DNA from: Paraspadella gotoi
Taxonomy: Eukaryota; Animalia; Chaetognatha
DNA length: 64,000 nucleotides
Reading direction: 5' to 3'
NCBI GenBank assembly: GCA_051294375.1
Contig: CM119263.1
Span: forward strand, 17,342,171 to 17,406,170
Part shown: in pieces, positions 50,171 through 63,485 of the stretch
Layout: each line of letters opens with the position of its first letter
How positions within the stretch are numbered: the stretch's first letter is position 1
Program-made: the position numbers and the translations under genes
Notes under the pieces: generated by a model
The model's database searches: none
Seen by the model: the letters and a program-made list of their open reading frames with translations, nothing else
What the model was told of the DNA's origin: nothing

Positions 50171-50592
50171 TTTGGTTTTTAACTTTTCTCATTACTCTCT
50201 AGTACCGGTCAACTATTGAAATACCTTTCCTAAAAAGGATGTGAAGAAAAAATCCTTAGCAAAGTTTTAAATTTCAAACGACTTAGCATAAAAATAAACA
50301 GTGAAAAATCATGATTGAATACTAAAATGATGAAAACCGATGTCCTGCTGCGGAAAATTAAGTAACGTGGTACCAAGTCTAGAGAAAATCGGAACTAGAA
50401 TTTCCGAGACTTCTTTAAGAATAAGTATGTGGGGGCGCACAATTAAATAAATTTGATTATGACGTTGTTAAAATTAATTTGTCCAATAACCTTAGTCATT
50501 TATAAATGAACTTAGTTTTCTTTCTTGTCCACATTCGTTATTTAAAAATTAATGCGTTGATTGGAATTGACTGGAAATATATATTAAGACCG

Positions 50593-53500
50593 ATGATGAC
50601 TGTCCGTGCCGTGGGTAACCCTGTCATAATCTGCTTACAGGAATTCGTCAGGTGGTGATTCCACAAAGAAAATCATTCGTATGAGATCACGAAACTGGTT
50701 CTCGCAGAAACGCGAATGCGAGGGGAACGCAAACAGTTAGTTACTTTGTATTAAACAAAGAAGATATAAAAATCCCTTAGTCATAATTATTTTTAATGTT
50801 TTAAAGAACCCTATCAAGGATCCGACGAAGAAAAATATGTCAGGTATTTAAAAAAAAATCAAAATATGGTTAAAATTTAAAAAAATGTCGGCCAAACGAG
50901 TTGCAGCACTTAGAGATGGTGTAATTTGTATTATGACACTTGACATTCTTTTTTTTCCCCCCTTACTTTATTTCTTGGCTTTCCATGGCTTAACTTGATG
51001 ACATTTTTGCATTGGCTTAGGAATCGCAATCCTTCCCGCTCGAGTTCTTGGTTGCGTCCGCGACGTTTCTTCGAGGCCGTTGCCCCGAGTGATGGAGGCG
51101 AAGAACGACGACGACAAGCCGAGTTCGAAGCTTTTGTCGCCCAGACACGCGACTACGCCGAGAAAAGGGATCGACGTCCCGGGCGTCAGCGGCGCCATCG
51201 TCGCCGGGTCGGAACCACCGTCTCATCATCAACGTTGCCGAAAATAGAGGGAAACCGTTTAAATAATTCAATGACGCCCAATGGCGGGTTGGTATTACAT
51301 AGATTAAACTTAAACAGATTTAAAATTTTCGACTCATTCTTTTCAAAAGATTTTCTTATTTGGTTTCAGAAACGAACTATTGGCCCCGAACATTCGCTCG
51401 GGTGTTATTCTGCCGGAAATGAAAAGTGTTGTCACCGACCAAGCTCCTTATGTACGAGGCGGAGGTGATGGAAAGGCATCCTCGACCATCAATGCCGACC
51501 ATCAAGTTCTGCCCGACGCTCATCGGGAGTTTCGAGCGTGGACGAGAGAAGGCGGGGTCCGGCACGATGCCTCTGCTATTGGCGTCGGAGTTTCCGTTTC
51601 CGAATCGAGCAGCACTCAGTCACAAGAATCAACGACGTCTCCACCGTCGAAATCCTCGTCGTCAAGTGGCGGCGACGGGGTTCCAGTCGGAAAATTCGGA
51701 GTCGTCGGAGGGTGAGCGAATCGCCGTGAAGACTTTAATTAATAATTTCCGGCAATTAAGCAATTAAGGTTAATTTGTTTTAAAAAAACCATCCTCAAAT
51801 CTGGATCCTCTTGATCCAACTATAATCTGAAATTATGTTTCAGCTTTTCAGTTACTGGTCATTAGGCAATGTTCCTGTTGAAAGGCCGAAAGTAAGCCGA
51901 AGTATAACACATTTCTTTGTCCAACAGATTAAGAGCCCCTCGATTTACAACGCTGACGACTTTAGATCAATGCTATTCGCGCGCAAGTGAGCTTTTAAAA
52001 TTAAATGATTTTTTTCTATCTTATTCGTACTATCTTCTACAGACCTGTTCAAAAAAAGAGGATACTTTTCAAACTTAAATTTTGCACCGTTTACGCACAT
52101 ATTATAAAAAAAAAAGAATGATAAATATAGATTTTGAAATGAGAAATCCATATATACGTATATATATTTATTGTGTAATCCTTTCGTTTCGTTGCTTTAG
52201 GAATTTAAGTTTAATTTATTTGCGACAACGATTCATTTTATTTCAGTTCAGAAACGGACATGTTTCGGCTTGGTTTACAAGCCTTCATCAGCGCTGACAG
52301 ATTTGTGAATTATATTTCCAATTTGTGCATAAAAAGACTGAACTGAAATAAAATGAATCGTTGTCACAAATAAATTAAACTGTATATATGTATATGTAAA
52401 AGAAAATCGGTCAACGCATTCAAAAGCAATAGCTCCCGAAAGACAAGTGGTCAAAAACAAAATGGGGAAAAAACATTTTTGAAGATCTGCCAAAATCCCA
52501 GGGTAACTTTCAGCCCTAATTTATGGGCATTTTATTTATGTTTTCTAAAAAAATATGAATGGGAAATAAGGACTTTTTCATAACTTAATAGAAAATCGGT
52601 TCAGTCATTCCAGAATCACAACACTCTGTTTCAGAAGTTACTTTTAAAAAATCATTTCTTAGAAACAGATAGCCACACATTAATCAAATTTACACCAATA
52701 GTTCCTTTTTCCATAAATATTATTCACTTATAATATCTTTCATTTTAAAGGAATATAACTTGATATATTTTTATAATGTTTTTGGGTGTCCTCTTTTTTT
52801 TTCTTTTTTTTTTGCACTGGTCTGTACATCGGAATGTAATTATTTTTATGAGGCTAACTCATCTTTCAGGTTTGAGTAATAAGTCGTTCAGCGGCGCTTC
52901 TTCATACAGCAAATCCGGTGGAGGTGGTTTACAATACAAGATGAAGGCAAATTATAATAACGGCCTTTGGCACGATGCTTTTGAAGCGGGTGGGAACCTT
53001 GAAAGAAAAGACTCTGCCGAGAGTGGCAGCGGAATCCACGCCGCCGAGGGAAAGCGGAGCGAGGATTCGATCAGCTACGACGTCGAAAGAATCAAAGAAA
53101 AAACGACCAGACGGTGAGGTTTTTCTTCCAAATGCACTTCTCTTTGGAGCAGTCAGATAATTGTCTTAATTGTTTTCTGAAGAGTCGAAAAACCAACTAC
53201 CACTGAAAGTGTCAAACGAAAAGAATTTAACGACGGTAATAATTGCTTATTTTGCCAGTCATATGGATGAATCAAAAAGTAAACATGGCTTCCATTTTAG
53301 AGGGAAAATCGTTGGCGATGACTTCGGCAGGCCTATTTCTGTCTTCTTTCCTTGTTGGCAAAAGAGGCGAAACAAAGAATGCAGTAATCTCCAGCCACGG
53401 ATCAAGTAGTGGGTCGAGCGCCGCTTTCAGTGGAATTGGCAGCGGGGTCTCCTCAGCAAGCAGTTCCATCACCTACTCCAGCGGCAGCAAAAACTATAGC

Positions 53501-53836
53501 AAAGTGGGAGGTTTCCTAGGAAGGCTCAATACTGTATCTCAAATCGACGAAAGTTCTAATTACTCAGTCGACGATGAATCGACCTACTCTAGCAGCGTCG
53601 TCAGCAGCCTCGACAGCCGGCCCATCGTAGGCAGTGGCGGAAAAAAAGTTGCCGACTGGAGCGAGATGATTGAATCGGCGGCGAGAAGCGGACGAACGGT
53701 TCCGAGACGAAGTGATGGCGGGCGCAGGCAGTGGAGGGAGAGAACTGCGGAACGAGGAGCTTGGAATGGAAGAAGGTGGGAGACGTCATGGCGATCAAAA
53801 AGCGGAGAACTATCGGCGGGGGAGGCGAGGTTTTAG
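50593..53836 (+). CDS. Ser/Gly/Arg-rich, probably disordered protein of unknown function (multi-exon model)
   Basis: Phase-compatible GT-AG chain 50593-50614, 50807-50843, 51021-51287, 51370-51711, 51928-51986, 52870-53113, about 53395-53836. Exons are GC-rich among AT-rich introns. No domain recognised; the first and last exons are uncertain. Confidence 0.5.
52040..52824. mobile_element. Tc1/mariner-type MITE (TA TSD) containing a hammerhead cassette
   Basis: TA|CAGACCTGTTCAAAAAAAGAGGATAC ... GTGTCCTC(T)n..TGCACTGGTCTG|TA; the right end is shared with 4041-4219. Confidence 0.8.
52253..52295 (-). ncRNA. Minimal type I hammerhead ribozyme (Penelope-like-element type)
   Basis: Minus strand: AGCG-CUGAUGA-A-GGCUUG-UAAAC-CAAGCC-GAAA-CAUG-UC^CGUU. 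Intact core, 6-bp stem II, palindromic ACAUGU stem III, GUC cleavage triplet (C at 52257), 4-bp stem I, AATAAA just downstream. Confidence 0.8.
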
Positions 53837-54331
53837 TGAAAGAAGATTGTCATCTGATTAAGTAAACTTCGGCTCTCCATAGTGAGTATGTATAGTCTTA
53901 AAAAATTATAAGCGCGAGATATTGTAATTTTAGTATATGGTAAAATTAAAAAGAGCTTATTAACTCCACCACCAAAAAAGAAAATTGTGCCAATTGTTTT
54001 TCTACCCGATGAATTAAACGTAAGATCATCAGGAGTAATTATAAGCGAGTTGGTGTCATTTTTTGACGAGCCGAGCAAAAAGTGAAAAGCTGAATGTGAC
54101 AAACCGAATTTGGGCACTAAATGGTGGAACCAGGAGCTAGGAAGATCGTGTTTTCGCGGTTGAAGGGCAGGTAACTATCTGCGTGGAAAGTTTGAGAAAA
54201 TATGCAAATCGAAATTCTAGAAAATTCTAGAAAATTAGAATTACTCTGTTTCTTCTACAAAAATTATTTTACTTTTTCCTCTGTTTTATAAGTGAATTTA
54301 AAAGATTATCAATATGAGAAAAAGTATAATA

Positions 54332-55354
54332 CACTGCGGCGCAAAAAAAAGTTGCCCCTTCTTTCACATAAAAAAAAACTATATTGGATGGATGAATTTC
54401 ATACAGATATAGAAATATAAAACAAAGCTTATTGAAAGATAAAGCGATTGGTCCAAGTCCTAGTAAAAACGATCAAAACGTCCGAAAGTTATAGGATGTC
54501 AAAGTCGATTGGTACAAAACATCTGACGAGAATAAATTAATGAACAAATTCAGCATCAAATATCTCTATTCTCTAGGGATAGGTGTTAACCATTTTCAAC
54601 CTAAATCAAATTAAAATAAGTAGGGAAAATATATAGAAATACAAACTTTTAAAATTATAAATTACTCAAAATTATTTTTAAAGCTTTTTTACATCAAAGT
54701 TTTTTCTTATGGCATTTCGTGTTAAAGCAGACTAATATAAAATTTATAATAAATTCTCAAAATTATATTAGAATTAATTTTTTTATTTTTATAATAAAAT
54801 TATTTTTTGATTTTAAAATAATTTTTAAAAAATTGATTGTTTTTAATATTTATTATTAAAATGCTATATTTAGCAAAAATTAAAAAAATATTTTAATAAA
54901 AAAGTAATGCAAAGTTTGTAGAGTCATCACATGCACTGTTTAATTAATGATTAAGAAAACGTCGAATTTGGGATTTCACTCTTACCCTGAACGATGATCT
55001 GTCAAATAAGATCGAAATATTGGTTTTCAATAAAAGAAAAAAAAATACTGTACTTGATCCCAAATTCGATGTTTTCTTAATCATTAATGCAAAGTTATTT
55101 CCAACCCTTTTATATGTTTAATTCCATTATGATTTTGTTAATTTTATATTTTAAACATCAGTCAGAAAAATTGTTTCCAATTCCATTTTTAATGTCTTGT
55201 TATATTCTACTGCCTAAACCAATTCATTTTTTTTTGCACCAATCGATAGCTCTTTAAAAGAGTATACTTTTTATATTGTTTTTTTTTTAATTAAAAAATA
55301 AATATTGGTGTATTTAAAGCTACCTCGTGGCGACCTTTTTTTTGCGCCGCAGTG
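54332..55354. mobile_element. Tc1/mariner-type MITE (TA TSD) containing a degenerate hammerhead cassette
   Basis: TA|CACTGCGGCGCAAAAAAAAG ... CTTTTTTTTGCGCCGCAGTG|TA, a 20-bp perfect TIR. Confidence 0.88.
54984..55024 (+). ncRNA. Degenerate minimal hammerhead-like motif (1-nt insertion in the core)
   Basis: ACC-CUGAACGA-U-GAUCU-GUCAAAUA-AGAUC-GAAA-UAUU-GGU followed by AATAAA, between 32-bp inverted arms 54943-54974 and 55057-55088. Confidence 0.5.
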
Positions 55355-55921
55355 TATGATAGATTGCATTAATTCTTTTCATGACTTGTTTTATTAGTAT
55401 AGTCAAGAAAACTCTGTTATAATATTATGACAGTAAATATATAAACTTTAATTATAAATTGGACTAATTAATCTCTTACACAGACTGTTTCTTTTATTAA
55501 CTTGTACTATAATTTTGTCTATATTTTGTGAACTGTTTGTCCTTCATATGATTACTGTTCTCTGGGAGTTTTGCGTTCTATAAAAATGGATTGGTTCAAA
55601 ATATAAAATTGATATGAAATATAATCTATAAATTCAATCATCACATAATATTCTTATCGGCAGCATCGGTTCGATAGATTTTTAATTAAAACATAATCAT
55701 GATTTTGTGAGGTTTTTTTTCAGACATTTTTATTTCTTCAATAAAAAAAATCATAATTGGCTCTATTATATCACCGATGATCAAATATACCAAATGATTT
55801 AAATTTAATAAATAATATTCGGTTTTAATTTGTGCACATTACTTTTTTGTGAATTTTTGCAAGACTAATAACATCCTATTGAACCAAATTTAGCATAAAA
55901 GTTTACTGAAAGTTTATGTTA

Positions 55922-56891
55922 CTACCGAAATTGCTGGTAAGGTGGGTTGCCGTATTCTTGGGCTTTTGGTGAAGGCAAATTTGGGGCATATGGCGGAGGG
56001 GGAAGATATCCCCCTGAGGATGATGATGATGGCTGCACCATCACTCCTCCCATCGCCTGTGATGAAATGGCATTTTCTAGCATAGCTGGAGCTGACACCT
56101 CCGTCGCTGTCGGATGCTGAGGCGGAGGCCCATAAATGTAAACAGTACGCGGCTGCTTGTCGCAACAACGGCAACATGAGCAGGCATTGGCCTTGTGAAT
56201 GGCTATGGAAGAAGACACCATACTCCAAATGGAGATTGAAAAGGCCATGATGCCCGCAAACAATAGAACAGAAGTCATGCCAACCAAAGCCGCGTAAGAG
56301 GGAGAACAATTATATGCCTCATATCGGTCGCCAATCCACCTGTGATCGCAGTATATATTATCACGGGACGATAATTCCCCGCTCATCATACCCAGGATTG
56401 TCATAGATAAAATTAACGCAAATATGTTGAAAACCAAAAATGCAATTACCTGCAATTAAAAACAATATAATAAAATTTAAACTATTAAACTATTAAAATT
56501 AAATATATTATATAAATATATTAATTAATCTATAATAATAATAATATCTCGGGTATAAAGCACTCACAATGCCATTGGTTTTAAAGGCGGCGGAGCAGCA
56601 ACCGAGCACACCACAGACTATCACAAGGATGCCGCACCATATGCCGGAGCCGACCTCAAGACAGGAGTCAGAATGATTGTGTTTGATGTGATTCTGACCA
56701 TCGAGAACAACGATGGCGGCGATCTGAAAGCCGACTAGTATGATTCCGAGAATCACTTGAAGTATACCCTGGGACCGTGTTGTCCCAACCGGTAATACTT
56801 GTTCCATTGTCGGATGAACCATAGGTGCTACGAGAGCAGTATGGTCAGTCGGTCCATCCCGGATCGCAGCAAATCGTGTGTTTGAGTCCAT
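55922..56891 (-). CDS. MS4A/CD20-like four-transmembrane protein with a Cys- and Pro/Tyr-rich tail
   Basis: Exons 56891-56568 and 56449-55922. Four hydrophobic segments, with GILQVILG and GSGIWCG..V..CGVLG motifs typical of the CD20-like family; tail CSCCRCC and YLPPPPY, NPPY. Confidence 0.82.
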
Positions 56892-58301
56892 GATCTGTTA
56901 GATATTAGCATATTAGCATATTAACGGATTCTTATAAGATGTATAATCGAATAAACAACACTTTTTAATTTTCCCATCGATAAGCGTCTTTGAATTCAAA
57001 CCAAAACAAAATTCTTTAAAATTTTTTTAGTAAACTAGAAGAATAATAAGAATTTAAGAAATAACTATGAGAATGACTAAAAAACGGATTTAAACTTTGG
57101 AAATTTAATACTCAAAAATTCTTTTTCCATAAAAAAAAGAGAAGAGGCAAAATATTTTCTTTCGAGTTCACGGAATGCACCCTCTGTTATTTGTCAATTT
57201 TCTAAAAATAGCCAAACAGAGAGGGCAATTTCACTCGTTGCTAAGTACTGTTGGTGCCATTAGTTCCATTGACATTAGTCACATTATTACCCGTAATTCT
57301 TGATATCTCCATAAGAGGGAGAAATGGTTAGAAAGAAAAAACAAAAGGTTGGCGACCGAGAACAGAGCATTAAGGGCAAAGGACGCGCGTGACCCTCCAA
57401 CCATGATTCTACGGTTATTCTTATTGTATTTAGCTAGTTTGTACTTGTAGTGCTAGTTCCCAATATTTTATAATGATAATCGACACAATTACATTTTTTC
57501 CCAAAAAATGCAGCCGAATGTCCCTAGTAATTGATACGGTACGGCAGTGTCCATTCATGACACGACTTCGTCCCGAGTGACAATATATATAGCAGTGTCA
57601 TCACGATCCTTGTAACGACTGAGACATTGAGTAATGAATAAATGATATATATCTTGTCGCCGACGCCATAAAGTTTTTGAGCGGAAGTCCCTGTCCGCGG
57701 CCGACCTCGTGTTCTCTCGTCGCGTGTTGCTCCTTCTGCTGATCTTTCATCTTTCCGTCGCTTTTGAGAAAGATAAGAGGAGCAAGAAAAAAAAATCAAT
57801 GAAGAACGAAGCTTTAAAGTTAAACACCGAAAGGTTGCCGGTTGGGTATAGTAAAAAGGCATACAATTACTCAATTAGAGGAGCTAGCGACGAAAGTCCA
57901 AACTGGTTGATGGCTGAATTTTTACGAAGGTCTTCACTGATTGACTGCGGGGTGCGAATACTAATGTTGCGAATAATAATAAGAGTTACGTGATAATCTG
58001 GAAAAATAAGCACATAAAAATGTAACTGCGGGGCAACGTCTTAAACTTGCCGGTTCCTGTTAAATTGAAAAAAAAAAACATAACTGATAACACAAAACTG
58101 TACAACATGCGCTCCTATGACCTACAAAATACTGAGACATGTAGTTTAGCTGACCCAGAGAACTACATTCCCTGGGCCCGACGGATCGTTAAGGATTTGT
58201 TGATTAAGTCGCTGACAACGAGAATGTCGAAGACAACAACCGCGATGGAAATTTTGACCGCGAAATTCGAGGCATCGACCTTAAGGGAATGGACTGACGG
58301 A

Positions 58302-58304
<3 letters not shown>

Positions 58305-58392
<88 letters not shown>
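58305..58392. repeat. (TC)n microsatellite; further long (TC)/(GA) tracts at 60482-60541, 61060-61150 and 62589-62717
   Basis: Direct reading of dinucleotide runs. Confidence 0.97.
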
Positions 58393-58397
<5 letters not shown>

Positions 58398-60475
58398 ATG
58401 TTTTCTCGCCTTAGATTAATGACGCTTCGGAAGATTTTTAGATCTATTTAAGTCAAATTGAGTTTTTCGTATCCCGAATTTTATTCATGAATAGTCAGGG
58501 TCTGTCGCTAACTCAGATTATGGTGGAAGAATATATAAAAAGGCAAGTATTTTATAGTCGCGTTGTTATTAACTTTAACAAATTATTCGAGCCTTGCATT
58601 CCTTTCCCAATTGCTAAATTTGTTTTCTTTCCTCGTTTTCTTTTTTAAAAAATTTTTCATGCAATCCTTTTTAGCGACTTAAAAGTATAAATTATATTAA
58701 TTTGTTACAACCAATATATATATCATATGTTATTAAGTTATTACTTATTACCATGATTCGTTTTGAGACGCAAACGACCTTCTCGACCCAAATCTTCCTC
58801 CAGCTATCCCCAATCCCAACAAAATCGTATAAGCCAAAAAACATGACCGGAGAGACTAATCCCGTCAACTTTCTCGTCATGATTTACGTCGGATGACGAT
58901 GATAACGATCAGGGTACAAAGCCGGGATTCAAGTTCGTTTAACTCTTTGATTTCTCCTCGCTATCCCTACTTGAACTGAGAACAACATTCTACTTTGCGC
59001 CAAGTTTCCATTTTCAGAAACGTCTTTCGCTTAATTTAAAAAAAAAAATGGTAAAAACCTACGTTTAACTACACTCCCCAAACTAATTCCGAAATTCCGA
59101 AGTAAAAAAAAAAAGGTAGGCGTGTGGTCGAGGAAGCACCTTACACGCTCTCTTGTCCCGGATGTTTAGCCTTGAGGGGAATAAAACTGCCCTCAGCCTC
59201 CTCCTGGGACTCTGATGATGGCTTCATCCTTCTTAGCTTTAGGGTCATATAAGGAATAAGCAGATTCGAAGGGAGGGAAGACTCAATACAGCCATGAAGG
59301 GGCGGAATTTCCATGCAGTAAATGAAGAGGCGATGTCAAAATAATGAGGCGCGTCTCCAAAATTATTATTCGGGAGGGAAAAAATTACGAAGATGCGTAA
59401 GGATGGGAGTTAAACGTTTCTTGTAGTTTTTATCATGAAAAGATTCCTTTTTCTCCTGACAGCAGATGAAACTTATTGCGGATTCTCCGTCTTGTCAATG
59501 ATTGTCCAACGAACGATGTCCGCGCTCCCGTTCGTGCTTATTCTGATCTCGCCGGTGGCGTATTTTTCGGCAATTTTTTTCGACGATCGGCCAATTTCCT
59601 TGATGGAGATTTTGCTAAATTTCTTTTTTTAACTTTTTAATTAAAAAAAAATTCAGTACCACTGTGCAATTAGATACACAAACATTAGCCATTGGTAGTT
59701 TGTCCGAGATCAGTTGGCTAATATTCTATGGATTCTTCAATCTGAAAATTTCAACAACGTTTGCCCACCCCCCTTATATCTCAATCTCAAACGAAGTGTT
59801 TTCCGATACCCTAAGTCGTTGCCGAATATTCTGGCCGTCGTTCTGCCGGCAATGGCCCTCTGTTGATGATCTTTCTGTCTTGCGCCGAGCTCGTCCATCA
59901 TTGGCGATTTTTCTTGCAGTTGCCGCGAGCCAAAACCCTTTTGCGTCGAGAGACCTCGTCTTTGTCGTCGAGAAAAATCTGAGATTGAAAATTTGTACAA
60001 TTATATAGTCGTTTAGCTGTTAAATTATGTAATTTTTTTACGGAAATATCGTGACCTATATTTATTTTACTTTTTTTGCATTTTGGTAAATATAGTTGTT
60101 TTTTGTTGTTTTTGTTTTCTTACGTACGAAATATTTTTTTTCTTTCTCTCTCTCTGTCTTTCTTTCTCTTTCTCTCACTCTTTAATCCGTCTATGTCTCT
60201 GTCTTTCTTCCACTCCATCTCGAATCTCGTTATGCGTCCGCGATTTTCCGCACAACCCTTGGTCTAGCCACGACTTACTTTAGTTTCTCGAGTATCGATT
60301 CCCAGGCCAGCGTAACTTAGAAATATTTTTGGGAAAGTTACTCGGTTCTGCCGGCAGAAATTATAATATAGATCGCAAAATTTTCCGGATTTCCTCCTCT
60401 TCCTTCTCTTAATTTTTGTTCATTTTTTTCCATCTGCTTCTTTCTTTTTTTTTTTTTTTTTTGGTTCGAGAATCG

Positions 60476-60544
<69 letters not shown>

Positions 60545-61056
60545 GTCGAGTTTTAATTTCTATAATAATATGAAACGAAAAAAGAAAAGAACAAATTCGC
60601 GTAAACGTATCTTCATTTTTCTCGTTGACTTTTGACCCAAATTTTGTCCAAACCGACCGATTTTCATCCAAACGTTTTGAAATTTCTTAGCTAATTTTTC
60701 TTTTCTTTTCCATACATAGTTTAAGATTTTCGTAGGTTATTGGAATAATTTTTAAAATTTATGTTTATTAAATTTATCGAATATATGTTTATTAAATTCT
60801 GTTCTTTAACGAATTAACTCAGACCTAAGGGTTGCGCCATTTCGATCATAGAATTTTGTATGCGAATTCCGTAAATCAAAATAATTCGGAAAACGTCTCA
60901 AGGTCAGGCAGTCCTTCAGTTTCGCTAAAATTGATGTCTTTTTATTTGGTATTTATATTTTTTTTCTTCCAAAACAAAAAAAAATTGATTAAAAGTGGAG
61001 ATTTTAAAAGGAGAAAGAGGGAGATCAGAAAGAGGGAGAAATAAAGAGAAAGAATG

Positions 61057-61154
<98 letters not shown>

Positions 61155-62585
61155 ATGTCCCCTCCAATCTTCCCCCGGCGGCCGAAGAACAAATAATTCC
61201 GAGATTCTTTTTCCGTCGAAAAAAAAAAAAAACTGAAGATAAAAAGAGAAAAAAAAGGAGAATTGAAAGGAAAGGCAACTAAAATGAAATGAAAAAGAAA
61301 AAGAAAAGTAATCCTCAAAGTCGGTGGATTCTGCAGCCAAAGCATCAAGCGATGGGAGTCTCTTTGTCTCTCTGTCTCTGTCTCTCATTCTTCGCCTCGG
61401 TCTATCTCATCGCTTAATCGAAAACTAAGCTCGAGGGGCGAACGAACCTCGAAAGACAAAATTGATCAAAAATCGAGAAACTTTCAAAAATTGATATTTT
61501 CGGCGATTGTTTTTATTTTACCGTTTTTCTCTTGCGTATTAGCTTCCCGTTTTTTTGGTTTTTTTATTTCAAGACAGAAATATTGAGTTCCTACTTTTTT
61601 TTCAATGCCTGTGTCTTTAAAAATGATTTCCATATCATCGCAGGAGACTCAACCTCACCTAAAGTGAAATCAAATAATATTCTTTTCATATTTTTTAAAA
61701 AATTTTAGTTGCCACGCCAATTAATTATTCTCGACCAAGAAAAAATGGAAAGATGAATCGTTTATTCTCTGGGTCATAATTAGTCGTGTTTGCTTTAGTA
61801 GTTTTCGTGTACGAAGTCATACGCGGAACAGAAATTGTCTCAAAATTAATAATAAATTTACATGTCTCAGATTGTAACCCGACTGAAATACGAGGGGGAA
61901 AGAAGACTCGAATACCGCATGAGATCGAGTTAATTTCACTAAACTGAACCGGGTTTGTTTTGTGTTTTCGTCTCGAAGCGCGCAAAGAAAAAAGAGGCAG
62001 CGTGGACGACAGGGCGGATATCCGATTTGACGCTCGCTCCTTTTTTTAAATTATGGTTTTACGGTTAGTTAAGCCACTTCCGATCCGAGAAGGAAACGAG
62101 GACGATGAAAGCGACGACGACCACTTTTTGGGCCTCATAACGCCTACGAGATATTTTGTTTAACTCTAATGTCTAATTAATAGAGTTTGCGGCTCAGAAG
62201 CATTTATATGTGATCTTATTCATGGCGGAAGAAAAAAAAACATTTTGAATAATTTTTTTCTGTAATCTTCATCTTCAACTTAATCATGTAAAAATTTATA
62301 TCATCTCGTTATAAAAAAAAAATTTGAAAGTTACTCATTGTTACTAACAATGTTAGTATACTTTTATGTTTTAATTGTTCTTAGTTTGTGTCAGTTCGAT
62401 ATTTTTTTCTGTTTTTTTATTTCTTTCCCTCAACTTTTTTTCCCCATTTTTATGGTGGACCATCCTTTTTTTTCCCTTCCTTCCTCTGTCTGATTCTTGA
62501 TTTTTCCCGTTTCATGATGTTGAAATTTGGAAGCTAAGGCTAAAGGTCGGTTAGCTATTACCGGGATTTCAGATTTCCTCCGGCT

Positions 62586-62720
<135 letters not shown>

Positions 62721-63485
62721 CATAGGAATCGTCTGGAAAAAAAGGTTTTTTTTACCTCTTGTTATCAATACGGCCGATTTTTTTAACTCCATTCAAGTCT
62801 TGATTACTCCGGAAATCTCTCGGTGCCGAATCTCAGAAAATAATTTAAACAAAAAGAAAAAAAATTCGAATACACGATCGTCGAACTTATGAAATAAACT
62901 TGGTTTTATTTTGTCATATTTGCAAACTCAACAAAATTGCGGTTGATAGGCAAATTTTAAAAATATCTCAGTAATCATTCTAATTAAAAAAAATAACGCG
63001 GTTGAAGTCGTAATTCGGTCGCCATCCATATTTAATAATCCGATAAAAAAATATTCCAGGTGACGGATCCGTATTCAATCAATCGGTGGCTTTCCACTTT
63101 TTCTCTCGCGTCGACGGCCGATTCCATCAAGGATTCGGCGAAACTCTTCGTCGCGAATCTCATGGTCGTGTTGGGACTTCCGGTCGTCGGTCCTCGGTCG
63201 AGACGCTCTCCGTCCGTCTCTCCCGCTTCGCTCGCGGTCTCGCATCCTACGCTTGGCCACACCCCACTCGCCGCAAACCTCGTCCTTCGGTTCCCTCAAT
63301 TCCTCCATGGCGTGACATTCGACCTTGCCGCCCCTCGATTACCCCCAACCCCCTTTACTCCCGCTACTCCATCCCCAATTTAACCACCCCTTACGTGTTA
63401 TTTCCCGCTTCTCCCTCATTCTCTCAAACCTCCTCCACCTTTTTCCCCCTCCCAACCCCCTGCCGTGCGGCATGTCTTTTCCACC

